A stretch of DNA of 64,000 nucleotides from an uncultured delta proteobacterium (GTDB lineage Bacteria > Desulfobacterota > Binatia > UBA9968): the NCBI GenBank assembly GCA_963745035.1, contig CAVUVW010000014.1, positions 256,001-320,000 of the forward strand, in the 5' to 3' direction. Position numbers and translations under genes: made by a program. The notes beneath the pieces are model-generated. The model did not search any database and was not told the origin of the DNA. It worked only from the letters and a program-made list of their open reading frames with translations. Positions 19,310-29,793 of this stretch are shown piece after piece (positions within the stretch are counted from its first letter, which is position 1; each line of letters opens with the position of its first letter).

Positions 19310-21061
19310 CATGCGCGCCGCGCTTTGCCGCCGTCGTCGATGACGACGCCGTAGTCTTCGCGGGCGCTTTGGCGCGAAACAAAGCCGCGCAGCACGTCGC
19401 GCTCGACGAGCTCGATGGGGCGCTCGGCGTGGATCGCCGTAGCCGCCGCCTCCGCCGGTGGACATGCGCACGCGGTCGCCGGCTTGGAGCGGGCGATTTT
19501 CCGTTTTGTAAAGCAGCTCCGGTTCGGCTTGCCCGTTCTTGTAAATCAGCACCTGCCCGGATTTTCCTTCCTTGGCTCCCTGCACTCCCCACGGCGGGCA
19601 GCCGATGCGATCGAAGTTCGCCCAAAGCTCGCACGGCGCGAGCAGAATATATTGCTTGTCGAATCCCAACCCGCCGCGCCACTTTCCGGGGCCGCCGGAG
19701 TTTTGGCGCAAGCGAAATTCTTCGACACGGAAGGGATACATCGATTCCTGCAGCTCGATGGGAATGAGCCGAGTGTCGCCGTGCGCCATGGTGCGAAACG
19801 GGCCGGCGCCGTCGTGGGTAGCGCAAGCGCCCCAGCCGCCGTGGCCGCTGTCGTTGGCTTTGAACACCGCGCCGGTATCCATGCGCTTACCGGCAAAGCT
19901 CAGCGACGAAAAAGTGCCGAAGTGGGCGCCGGTGACACGCTGCGGCAACGCAGGTTCCAGCGCTTTGATGATGCAGTCGATGATCGTGGGAAATGGAATG
20001 CTGTAGAGCCCCATCGGCGCCGTCGCTTCGGCGCTGATCAGTTTTCCTTCGGGCAGGATCATCTTTACCGGCCCGAAACGTTCCCTCGTTGGCCGGCTCG
20101 TCGGTGGCGATCAAATATTTAAATGCGACGCGCACGCAGGTGCGGCCGCCGCCGTAGTAGCCCGAGTTGACGCAGCCTTTTACTTGATCCGACATTTCGG
20201 AGAAATCGACGGTCATCTCGTCGCCGGCGACGATGACTTTGACCTTGATCGGGATCTTTTCGTCGCGCACGCCGTCATTGTCGAGAAATGCTTCATGCTC
20301 GTAGACGCCGTCGGGAATGGCGCGGATTTTTTCGCGGGTGGCGGCTTCGCATTGATCGAGGATCATGTCGAGGGCGGCGAGAAAGGTCGGCAGGACCATA
20401 TTTGTCGGCCATCGACTTGGGTCAGGTCGCGGCCCAGAAGGCAGCCGCCGAGCTGCGCTTCGATGTCGCCGAGCAATTCCAAAGGAAAGCGCGTGTTGTT
20501 CTCGATGATGCGGTAGACTTCTTCGATGGGCTCGCCCTTGGACCAGAGCTTGATCGAGCGCAGCTGCAATCCCTCCATGAAGATATCGGTAGACGAATAG
20601 GAAACCGAGCCGATGGCCGAGCCGCCGATGTCGATCCAGTGGCAGTTGACGGCAAAAAAACCGATCAGCTCATCGCCGTGCTGCTCCGGCAAAGACCGGC
20701 GTGTACATGACCGTGTTGTTCAGATGCTGTCCCTGCACCGCGGCGTGATTGCAGACGATCACGTCGCCTTTGTGCAGGTTTTCCCGGCCGTAGACTGCCA
20801 AACCGTCTTTCACCGCCATGCCCACCGAGTCGGCGACGAACACCGGCATGCCGCCGGTCGATTGCGCGAGCAACTCGCCGTCGGCGCCGACGAATCCCAC
20901 GGCGTAGTCTTTGTACTCGTAAATATACGGGCTGAACGCCGTGCGCGTCATATTGGCGTCGATCTGATCGCAGATCGAAATGATGCCGTGGCGAATCACT
21001 TCCAGAGTGATCGGATCGATGTCCGCTTGCTTGCGGCGCGCTTTGCCGGTTTAGCTTTCAT
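19309..21061 (-). CDS. Hydantoinase B / oxoprolinase B subunit (copy 2), multiply frameshifted (assembly error or pseudogene)
   Basis: ORF fragments 20670-20999, 20363-20692, 19887-20399 and 19235-20062 tile a full paralog of 15405-17096. Confidence 0.8.
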
Positions 21062-21238
21062 CCGAACTTTTCCTCACTGGAAAACTTTGCGCGATATTTT
21101 CAAGGAAGCCCCAGGTTGTCAAGCAAGCGTAATTTGGCGTAAGTACTCTTTACGGCGCGGTTGTCGCCAGTTCAGATCGAGGAGAGTCAATGATGCAATG
21201 CACGTTGGTCTACATCTCCGCTTCCCCCTTTCCAGTGG

Positions 21239-22222
21239 ATGACAGGGGTTCGCTTTTCGTTGTAGTCGTGTTGCTCAGTCTTGGCGATACTGCCCGCAAC
21301 GGCGCAGGCGCAGGAACGGCGCGCCAAACTGAGAATTTCCAACGCCGGCTTCACCATCACCGCGCTGCCGCTGCTGGCCGCCAAGGATTGGGGAATTTTC
21401 ACCGCCAACGGCCTGGACATGGAAGTCATTCTCATGCAGTCGGCGTTGGTGCCGGCGGCGCTGACTCAAGGCGACATCGACTATCAAGCCGGCGTCGGCC
21501 CCGCCTCCGTAAATGCAACGATGACCGGCTTTGCAACGCGCGCCATCTGGTTTTCTTCCGACCGCATATCCTACTGGCTCATGGCAAAACCGCAGTTCAA
21601 GACTCTCGAAAGTCTCCGATCGAAAAAGATTGCCATCACGGGGCTGGGCGGCACGGTGCACGTCGCATTTCTTTTGGCTCTGGAAAAACTCGGCGTGAAT
21701 CCGAAGGACTTTGTTCTGGTGTCGATCGCCGGACAGCAAATCCAACAGTTGATTTCTCTGGAGTCGGGCTTCGTCGACGCCGCGATGCTCTCGCCGCCGG
21801 TGACTCTGGGCGCGCAGAAAAAAGGCTTCTATAAAGTCATGGACGTCGGCGCCATGGTCGACATGCCGGGCGGTGGCCTTACCACGTTGGCAAAAACCAT
21901 CCAGGAGCGGCCGGCCGAAACCAAGCGCGTCATCCGCTCGCTGCAACAAGCCAAGGACGAGATCAAAAAATCCAAGCCAAGAACCCTCGACCTGATTGTC
22001 AAGCTGCTCAAGATGGATCGAGAAGCCGCGAACGAGACCTACGATCAATTTCTCACGACTTTGAGCCCGACCGGCATACCGACGCGCGTCGGTATGGACA
22101 TCTTGGTGAAATCCGTTCAGGCGCAGGGCCGTCATGTCGGCCGTAAAGTGGCTTTCGAAGAGATCGCCGACGACCGGCTGGCAACGGAAGTCGCAAAGGA
22201 ATTGGGATACAAAGTTCCGTAG
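21239..22222 (+). CDS. ABC transporter substrate-binding protein (NMT1/SsuA-like); start uncertain
   Basis: LPLLAAKDWGIF..GLDMEVILM, GFVDAAMLSPP; signal-peptide region appears frameshifted. Confidence 0.85.
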
Positions 22223-22297
22223 GATGATCAGAGTCGATGCCGATTGAAGTAGGCGCAACTGTTCGCCCGTAGTGCGAATCGGCCCTTCTCCCATTGA

Positions 22298-23965
22298 GAG
22301 ACTGTGTCGCAATGATCAGAGGCATTAGGGAAAAGAGTGCGTGCGCCAGCGAAAACGGGGACGCAACGCAATAACGGTATGCTAAGGTACGTTGAAAAGA
22401 AAGGGAAAGAAATGGCGTACCGTTTTGGGGATCGAAATCAAATGGAGCTATTGCCGTCGAGCATCGAAGCGTATGTGACGAAAGAAGACCCGGTACGGGT
22501 GTATGACGCCTTTGTCGAGAGTGTGAATTTTGCGGAGTTGGGGATCGAGCTAGATGAAGAGCAAGTCGGCAACCCTGAGTATGATCCCAAAGCGATGATG
22601 AAGTTGTTGGTGTACGGGTACAGCTATGGAGTGAAGGGATCGAGAAAACTGGAGCGGGAATGCCATCATAATTTAAGTTTCCTGTGGTTGATGGGAGGAT
22701 TGAAGCCCGATCACAAGACGATCGCGGAGTATCGGCGCCGGCATAAGGGAGCGCTTAGGAAGGTTCTAAAACAATGTGTGCGGTTGTGCATCAAGTTGGA
22801 CTTAATAGCGGGCAATGTGTTGTTTGTGGATGGGACAAAGATACGTGCTAGTGCCGGGAGATCGAAGAGCCATGAGCGTGGGTGGTATGACAAACGGCTC
22901 CAAGAGGTCGATCAACGGATTGAGCAACTGATAGCAGAAAGCGAAAAGCTTGATCAGGCCGAAGCGAGTCAAGGATCTATGGTCAAGATCAACAAAGATC
23001 TGGGGCAAGCGGAGCGGCTCAAGGACAAGATTGAAAAGGCGTTAAAGACGCTGGAGGAGAGCGGGCGGGGCAAGGTTAATCTGACAGACCCGGACTGTGC
23101 GATCATGCACAGCGTGCAAGGGAGCCACGCCAGTTACAACGTGCAGAGCGTGGTCGACGACAAGTACGGTTTGGTGGTGCATATTGAGGCGGTCAATGAC
23201 ACCAGTGACGTGAACCAGTTTGCGCGCCAGATCGAGGCTGCCAATCAACGGTTGGGCAAGCGCTGCGAAGTGGGGTGCGCGGATGCTGGGTATGCTGATA
23301 CCGAAGAGTTAAAGAAGATCGACGAGCAAGGAATTAAGGTAGTGGTACCCTCGCAGCGCCAGGCCTCGCATGTTGAGGAGAAGCCTTTTAGCAAGCATCG
23401 ATTTAGTTACGATCAAGAGAAAGACTGCTATGTGTGTCCTGAGGGAAAAGCGCTTCATTATGTAGGGATCGACCGTCGAAACGCAAAGAAGGACTATCGG
23501 ATCAGCGAACCTGGGATTTGTCAGAGCTGTGTGCAGTTCGGCAAATGCACAAGCGCCAAGCTTGGACGAAAGATCGCTCGGTTAGCCAACGAGGAGGACA
23601 AACAGAGATTCGAAACTCAGTACGTACTAGACAAAGAGGTCTATGATCGCCGTAAGGCTCGGGTGGAGTTACCCTTCGGCCATATCAAGGCCAATCTCAA
23701 GACGGCTGGCTTTATGCTGCGAGGACAAAATGGAGTCCAAGCGGAGTCGTCGTTGTTGGCAACCTGTTTTGACCTGCGACGGATGATGACCATTCTGGGG
23801 GTTAACGGCCTGATCGAAAGGCTAAGAGCATTGCCGACACCAGCATAAGGTGACTGGTTAAAGAGCGCACTTCGGCCACTTAACAACTTTCAGGAACCAT
23901 CGCGGTCAATTCATGAACGATCCAGTTTATGTTCCCCGGCATTTAAGGAATTGCGACACAGTCTC
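22298..23965 (+). mobile_element. IS1182-family insertion sequence (1668 bp)
   Basis: Perfect 16-bp terminal IRs gagactgtgtcgcaat (22298-22313) / attgcgacacagtctc (23950-23965); lower GC; intact transposase inside. Confidence 0.9.
22412..23848 (+). CDS. IS1182 family DDE transposase
   Basis: YDPKAMMKLLVYGY..SRKLE, KPDHKTIAEYR, VDGTKI, ADAGY, CPEG Zn ribbon, RKARVELPFGHIK. Confidence 0.93.
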   Translation: MAYRFGDRNQMELLPSSIEAYVTKEDPVRVYDAFVESVNFAELGIELDEEQVGNPEYDPKAMMKLLVYGYSYGVKGSRKLERECHHNLSFLWLMGGLKPDHKTIAEYRRRHKGALRKVLKQCVRLCIKLDLIAGNVLFVDGTKIRASAGRSKSHERGWYDKRLQEVDQRIEQLIAESEKLDQAEASQGSMVKINKDLGQAERLKDKIEKALKTLEESGRGKVNLTDPDCAIMHSVQGSHASYNVQSVVDDKYGLVVHIEAVNDTSDVNQFARQIEAANQRLGKRCEVGCADAGYADTEELKKIDEQGIKVVVPSQRQASHVEEKPFSKHRFSYDQEKDCYVCPEGKALHYVGIDRRNAKKDYRISEPGICQSCVQFGKCTSAKLGRKIARLANEEDKQRFETQYVLDKEVYDRRKARVELPFGHIKANLKTAGFMLRGQNGVQAESSLLATCFDLRRMMTILGVNGLIERLRALPTPA

Positions 23966-24050
23966 GGGAGAAGGTTAGGATGAGGGCTTTCCGAAGCAGG
24001 CCTCACCCTTCCCTCTCCCAGAGGGTAACAAAAGTAGGCAAAGAGAAATC

Positions 24051-25064
24051 ATGGCTCACAAAAAAATCTCTCGATCGCCTAAATTGGTATTTTTCCAATT
24101 TTTGTTAGCGCTCGGAGTTGTCGCGACATTTTCAACGGCTGGCGAGACTCAGGAGCGCCGTGCCAAAGTTCGCATCTCCAACGCCGGTTTCACGATCACC
24201 GCGCTGCCGCTGTTGGCGGCGAAAGATTGGGGCGTGTTCAGCGCCAACGGAGTCGACGCGGAATTGATCGTCATGAGTCCCACCCTTGCCGCGGCCGCCG
24301 TGGCGCAGGGTGATATCGACTACGTCGCCGGCGTCGGGCCAGCTTCAGTCGCTGCGACTCTGACCGGTTTGCCGTCGCGCGCGATCTGGTTTTCCTCGGA
24401 CCGGATTTCGTACTGGCTCCAGACCGCGCCGCAATACAAAACGCTGCAGGATCTCAAAGGCAAGAAGATCGCGATTTCCGGCGGCGTGGGCGGGACGAAC
24501 CATGTGGCGCTCTCGATCGCCTTGGAAAAGTCGGCAGTCAATCCCAAAGATTACGTGATGGTCGGAATACCTGGACAGCAGCTCCAAGTGCTCTATTCGC
24601 TCGAGTCGAGCTTCGTCGAGGCGGCTCTCTTGTCGCCGCCGCACACGTTCAGCGCGGCCCGCAAGGGATTTCACAAACTGATGGACGTCGGCGCCATGGT
24701 CGAGATGCCCGGCGGCGGCTTGACCACCCTGATCAAGACCATTCAGTCGCGGCCGGCCGAGGTAAGGCGAGTGATTCACGCCCTGCAAGTCGCCAAAGAT
24801 GAGGTGCGCAAGTCGAAGCCGAAAACCGTGGAGCTCATCATTCGCCTGCTGAAAATGGATAAGGAAGCCGCTGCGGAGACCTACGACGCTTTTCAAACCA
24901 CCTTGAACCCGACCGGCATTCCCAACCGCGCCGGCATCGACAACTTAGTCCGTTCGCTCCAGGCGCAGGGGCGATTTACCGACCGTAAGGTGGCGTTCAG
25001 TGATGTGGCAGATGAAAGACTCGCCACCGAGGTAGCGCGGGAGTTGGGATACAAACTGCCGTGA
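24051..25064 (+). CDS. ABC transporter substrate-binding protein, close paralog of 21239-22222
   Basis: Shared blocks RISNAGFTITALPLLAAKDWG, AIWFSSDRISYW, MDVGAMV.MPGGGL. Confidence 0.9.
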   Translation: MAHKKISRSPKLVFFQFLLALGVVATFSTAGETQERRAKVRISNAGFTITALPLLAAKDWGVFSANGVDAELIVMSPTLAAAAVAQGDIDYVAGVGPASVAATLTGLPSRAIWFSSDRISYWLQTAPQYKTLQDLKGKKIAISGGVGGTNHVALSIALEKSAVNPKDYVMVGIPGQQLQVLYSLESSFVEAALLSPPHTFSAARKGFHKLMDVGAMVEMPGGGLTTLIKTIQSRPAEVRRVIHALQVAKDEVRKSKPKTVELIIRLLKMDKEAAAETYDAFQTTLNPTGIPNRAGIDNLVRSLQAQGRFTDRKVAFSDVADERLATEVARELGYKLP

Positions 25065-25123
25065 GGCAATTGCGAGTGGCGGCTGGGGTTGTATCTCCGC
25101 AATACTCGTCCCAAATTATGAGC

Positions 25124-25231
25124 GTCATTCTGAGGAGCAGTGCGACGAAGAATCTGCTTTTTTGCTTTGTCTTAGGGACCGCGTCGGAGACGAAGCAAAA
25201 GCAGATCTTTCGCCTACGGCTCAAGATGACA
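25124..25231. repeat. REP-like long inverted repeat (GTCATTCTGAG...GAAGAATCT / AGATCTTTCG...CTCAAGATGAC)
   Basis: Paired arms around an internal hairpin in intergenic DNA. Confidence 0.7.
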
Positions 25232-25245
25232 GAAATGGAAAACTA

Positions 25246-26638
25246 ATGGAGGGTCTATCAAGCGACGTTCTCGTCGTCGGCGCCGGCTTAGCGGGATTCA
25301 CCGCCGCCATACGCGCGGCGGAAGCCGGCGCAAAAGTTCTCTTGATCGACAAGAGCAGCGGTGAATTGGGCGACGGCAATGTCCTCATGGCGTCGGGAAG
25401 TCTGCGCGCGGGCGGCAAGAACCCGCGCACGAGCCCCGCGGAGCTGTATGACTTTGTCATGGCGGAGGGAGTCGCGTATCCGGATCTGGTCAGAGCCTGG
25501 GCGGACACATGCAACCGGGCCGTCGACTGGTTGATCGCCAGCGGCGTCAAGATCAGCGAAGACGCGCCCGGCCGGATTTGGCTCGATCAGTCCGGCGAAG
25601 TCTCGCTTGCGCCGGTTTACAAAAAGGACGTCGGCACGCGCGCGCTCACCAGCCTCAGAAAACGTTTCGATCAATTGGACGGGAAATATCTCAACCGCAT
25701 CCAGGGAGAAAAGTTGATCGTTGAAAACAAACGCGTCGCCGGCGTGAGCGGCAAACGCGATGGCGCTGAAATCCAATTGCGCGCGCGCGCGACGATCCTT
25801 GCTACCGGCGGTTTCAGCGCCGACAAGGAAATGGTGCGTCGGCACATCGGACCAAATGCCGACCAGTGCAAGCTGCGCGGCTCCAAGCAGGACACGGGCG
25901 ACGGCTTGCGCATGGCGCTCGAAATTGGCGCCAAGGCGGTCAACTTGAAATTTTTCTACGGGCATCTGATATCGCGGAAAGCGCTCGTCGACGATCGGTT
26001 TTGGCCTTATCCGCGTCTGGACTCCTTTGTCGACGAAGGCATTCTCGTCGATCGCCGAGGCGAACGCTTTGTCGATGAAGGCCGCGGCGATGTAGCAGTG
26101 GCCAACGAGCTGGCGCGCTCGGAAGATGTGACCGGCGCGGTGTTGATCTTTGACCGGGAAAGCTGGGACGCCGCAAAGGACGACGCCTTTGCCAACTCCG
26201 TGAAAACGCCGGCGCCGAACCCGTGGCTGATGGATCACGACGGCGAGATTTTCACAGCGCCGACGGTGAAAAGGACTGGCGCAAGTTCTTGACATCGACG
26301 GTGATCGCTTGGCCGCGACCCTCCAGAACTACAATCGTGCAATCGAGTCGAGCGATTCTCAATCGCTCAAAATCCTCCGCACCGGCAAGCCGAAGCCGCT
26401 GCGCGGGCCCTTCTACGGCTTGCGCGTGGTCCCCGGCATCACGTTCACCATGGGCGGGATTTTGATCAACGGCCGCGGGGAAGCCTTGGATGAAAGCGAA
26501 AAATCGATTCCCGGTCTCTACGCCGCCGGCGACGCCATCGGCGGGCTGATGGGCGGCTACCGCGGCGGCTACACCGGCGGTTTGATGCAGGCGGTGGTGA
26601 CGGGACTGCTCGCTGGTGAGAACGCTGCGAAGGTGTGA
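25246..26638 (+). CDS. FAD-dependent oxidoreductase, fumarate reductase/tricarballylate dehydrogenase flavoprotein family (frameshift near 26270)
   Basis: DVLVVGAGLAG, LATGGF, DTGDGLRMA; C-term PGITFTMGGILIN..IPGLYAAG in the next frame. Confidence 0.85.
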
Positions 26639-26660
26639 GCAAGTTACTAAGATAACAAAC

Positions 26661-26738
26661 GAGGATCGAGGATTGAGGATGGATAATGGCGAAGAAGCTT
26701 CGAGCGATCCTCCATTTTCAATCCTCGATCCTCAACCT
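26661..26738. repeat. Inverted 7-mer tandem arrays (GAGGATn / TCnATCC)
   Basis: gaggatc gaggatt gaggatg gataatg ... tccattt tcaatcc tcgatcc tcaacct between convergent genes. Confidence 0.75.
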
Positions 26739-27732
26739 AACTCCCTTCCGTCTCCTCCCGGTACAAGCCCAAAGCCTCGCTCGCCGGTTGATCGGTGATC
26801 GAAAAGAGGATCGCATCTTCACCTGCGGGGTTTTCGTGGGAGTGCCATTGCCACGAAGGCACGACGAAGATGTCGGTTGTATCCCAGTTGAATTCGTTGG
26901 CGGATACTTTGGTGACTCCGCGGCCGCGAAAAGCATAGTAAACCGTCGTGCTGGTGTGACGATGGCTGCGGGTTTTCTCATTGGGCCGCAGAAGCTGCAC
27001 GCGGCAGGAAAATGTCGGCAAGGTTGGGCCGCCGGTATGCGGATTGGAATATTCAAGCAGCACGCCGTCGCAGGGATCGCCCGCGCCTTGTTTGAGCGCC
27101 TGCAGGCTCGCGTTGGTCTCCTCCCAAGGGTAGCGGTAGGGCGGAGAGCGAAACGAATTTTTGATCCAAGTCGGCCGTGCATGACCAAAAACTTTTGACG
27201 AAAAATTATCCGGTCGTTCGACCGGCTGCTGGTCTTTTTTGAAATTTTCCTGAATCATGGCGCCGAAATGAGTCACCAGACGCACGTCCAAGCCGTCGAG
27301 CCACATGACCGGCTCGTCCGAGCCGTTGAAGTGATCGTGCCAAGTCCAGTTGGGCGTAGTAATAAAGTCGCCCTCGAACATCGGAAAGCGCTCGCCTTCG
27401 ACGATCGTGTAGGCGTTGGGAGTGCCTTTGACGATGAACCGGATGGCCGCTGCCGTGTGCCGGTGCGCGGCCGCGACTTCGCCCGGTTTCACCAACTGCA
27501 CGGAAATATGCACGGTGTTGGTCATGCCGGCGGCGAGTCCTGGATTGCGCATTTGGATGGTTCGGCGACCCGCCTCCCCCGTCGTAATCAAGTCGCCGGC
27601 GTGATTGAGGGCGTCGAAGATGTCCTTGCCTTTCCACAAATAGGGTTTGACGGTCTGCGACCATTCCGAATGCTCCCAGTGGCCTTTCAAATTTCTTTCC
27701 TTCATCCACTGACTGAGACCCTGCAGGTCCAT
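26737..27732 (-). CDS. Gentisate 1,2-dioxygenase-like bicupin
   Basis: AHRHTAAAIRF, TPNWTWHDH, WLDGLD, SHRHTSTTVY, VPSWQWHSH. Confidence 0.88.
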   Translation of the reverse strand: MDLQGLSQWMKERNLKGHWEHSEWSQTVKPYLWKGKDIFDALNHAGDLITTGEAGRRTIQMRNPGLAAGMTNTVHISVQLVKPGEVAAAHRHTAAAIRFIVKGTPNAYTIVEGERFPMFEGDFITTPNWTWHDHFNGSDEPVMWLDGLDVRLVTHFGAMIQENFKKDQQPVERPDNFSSKVFGHARPTWIKNSFRSPPYRYPWEETNASLQALKQGAGDPCDGVLLEYSNPHTGGPTLPTFSCRVQLLRPNEKTRSHRHTSTTVYYAFRGRGVTKVSANEFNWDTTDIFVVPSWQWHSHENPAGEDAILFSITDQPASEALGLYREETEGS

Positions 27733-27859
27733 AAACTCCTCCGTGCGGCTGGCGTAAAGCGCCAAGATACTCGTTTCATCGCAGAGGGGAACCGGCCTGT
27801 CAAGCTGAGAGCTCCAGACCTGTGGAACAGATCGGCGGCGTAGGGAAGAAGTCGCGGAG

Positions 27860-28240
27860 TTATCGTGGAGAACGGAAATCCTTGAACCGCAGGAGCGCCA
27901 GCAAAGGGCGCCGCGCGAGTTGCCACGCCCGTCCGGGTGGTTCCTCCGGTCGAGGAGGCGCCGGAGCGACGGAGGATTTCAGTTGCTCCAAAGCGCGATC
28001 GATGATCGTTCTGGCGGCGACCAGCGCCCAACTGTCGGCGTCGATTTTATTGGGAAAGGTCAGCTTTTCGGCGTCGAAACAGTGAGCAAAGCTATGCACC
28101 CATATCCTACGCAGCCCGTGCTCGGTTTCCAGCCATACGCAGGCTTCGGGGAGCCAGGATGCGGGACCGACGGCGTAGGAGGCTGCTCGGATGCCGCAGC
28201 CCCGGTGATTGACGGAATGGCGTAGTTCTTCGGATTGCAT
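27860..28240 (-). CDS. Hypothetical protein
   Basis: ORF from MQSEELRH with coding-like composition; no recognised family. Confidence 0.45.
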   Translation of the reverse strand: MQSEELRHSVNHRGCGIRAASYAVGPASWLPEACVWLETEHGLRRIWVHSFAHCFDAEKLTFPNKIDADSWALVAARTIIDRALEQLKSSVAPAPPRPEEPPGRAWQLARRPLLALLRFKDFRSPR

Positions 28241-28453
28241 CGGCTGCGACCTGTGGAGTCTGACGGAATGTCCTAGTGCGCAAACCACGTACCAATCGTC
28301 GAATTTGGCATTTTTCGAGACTTTAAGGGTAGTGAACGTTTTTTGCGGCCCATGATGGGGAGAAAAAAGGTGTGGTCGGAAGCAAATTTTCGCTGATCGT
28401 TGTTCATTTATTTGCGGGTTCTCGATTGTGAAAACTGCGAGCAAGGCTTTCGA

Positions 28454-29680
28454 ATGAACCGTCGCAACTTCGCTCTCGTCTTGGCATTGTTTGTGAGCTG
28501 TGCGTTTGCGTCAGGCTGCCTGATCGATCGGATCGGCGGTGCGTTTTCCAAAGAGCCGGAGACGCTGCCGCAGCAGGCCAGCCCATCGGCGCGAACCTTG
28601 ATCGAGCAGGCGTTAAGCGGCATTGACCCGATGCACCGGGTTGATCATCACACTCATGTTTTGGCGATCGGTACGAGTGTTCCCGGTGCTTTCGTCAATC
28701 CGAAGATGCGCGCCGGAGTCAATCTCGAACGGATCAAGTTTTGGATCTACAAGAGCGCCGCGGGCATACATAACGACGAGAATGCCGACGAGGAATACGT
28801 CGCGCGGCTGCTTCGGTTGGCGCGCGCGGCCAAGCCGGGCCGATATCGCATCCTGGCTTTCGACAAACATTATAACGCCGACGGCACGGCGAATCTGGCA
28901 AAGACCAGGATGTACATTCCGAACGAGTACATTGTCGAGCTGGCGCGGCGCTATCCGGATGTTTTTCTGCCGGTTATTTCCGTTCACCCGTATCGGCGCG
29001 ATGCTTTGCAGGAGCTGGAGAAATGGACCAACGCCGGCGTACGCTATCTCAAGTGGCTGCCGAATGCGATGGGCATGGACCCGGCCGATCCGGCCATCGA
29101 ACCCTTCTATAAAAAAATGCGTGAATACAAAATGGTTCTGCTCTCCCATGCGGGAGAGGAGCAGGCCGTGGAAGCAGAGGAAGACCAGCGCCTGGGCAAT
29201 CCGCTGCGCTTGCGCAAGCCGCTGGATTTGGGCGTGCGCGTGATCGTGGCCCATGCCGCGAGCCTCGGCGAATGCGTCGATCATGATAGCGGCGCGGCGG
29301 ATAAGGCGGGTTGCTTCGATCTTTTTTTGCGGCTGATGGACGAGCCGAAATATGCCGGATTATTATTCGGCGAGATTTCCGCGATGCTCCAGTTCAATCG
29401 CATGCCCGTGCCGCTCGCCACGCTGCTCAAGCGGCAGGATCTGCATTCCCGGCTGGTCAACGGCAGCGACTATCCGCTGCCGGCGGTCAACTCGCTGATC
29501 TGGACCCGTTCCATGGCGCGCGCCGGCTTCATCACCGCGGAAGAGCGCCAAGCACTCAACGAAATCTACGACTACAACCCGCTGCTCTTCGACTTCGTCT
29601 TGAAACGCACCCTGCGCCACCCAGAAACGAAGCAGAAGCTCGCGCCCTCCATCTTCATGACTAATCCGGGGCTGGAGTGA
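28454..29680 (+). CDS. Amidohydrolase family protein with lipoprotein-type signal
   Basis: DHHTH metal motif, SVHPYR, LSHAGEE, VAHAAS, NGSDYP; signal ending ...FASGC. Confidence 0.88.
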   Translation: MNRRNFALVLALFVSCAFASGCLIDRIGGAFSKEPETLPQQASPSARTLIEQALSGIDPMHRVDHHTHVLAIGTSVPGAFVNPKMRAGVNLERIKFWIYKSAAGIHNDENADEEYVARLLRLARAAKPGRYRILAFDKHYNADGTANLAKTRMYIPNEYIVELARRYPDVFLPVISVHPYRRDALQELEKWTNAGVRYLKWLPNAMGMDPADPAIEPFYKKMREYKMVLLSHAGEEQAVEAEEDQRLGNPLRLRKPLDLGVRVIVAHAASLGECVDHDSGAADKAGCFDLFLRLMDEPKYAGLLFGEISAMLQFNRMPVPLATLLKRQDLHSRLVNGSDYPLPAVNSLIWTRSMARAGFITAEERQALNEIYDYNPLLFDFVLKRTLRHPETKQKLAPSIFMTNPGLE

Positions 29681-29793
29681 CGGAAGGACCTGAAGGTTTG
29701 GAGTAATGGAGTGGTGGAGTATTGATCGATCCTTCGTCACTCCGATTCTTCTTACTGTTGCCTACTGCCAATTGCCTATTGCCTTCTTCATCA

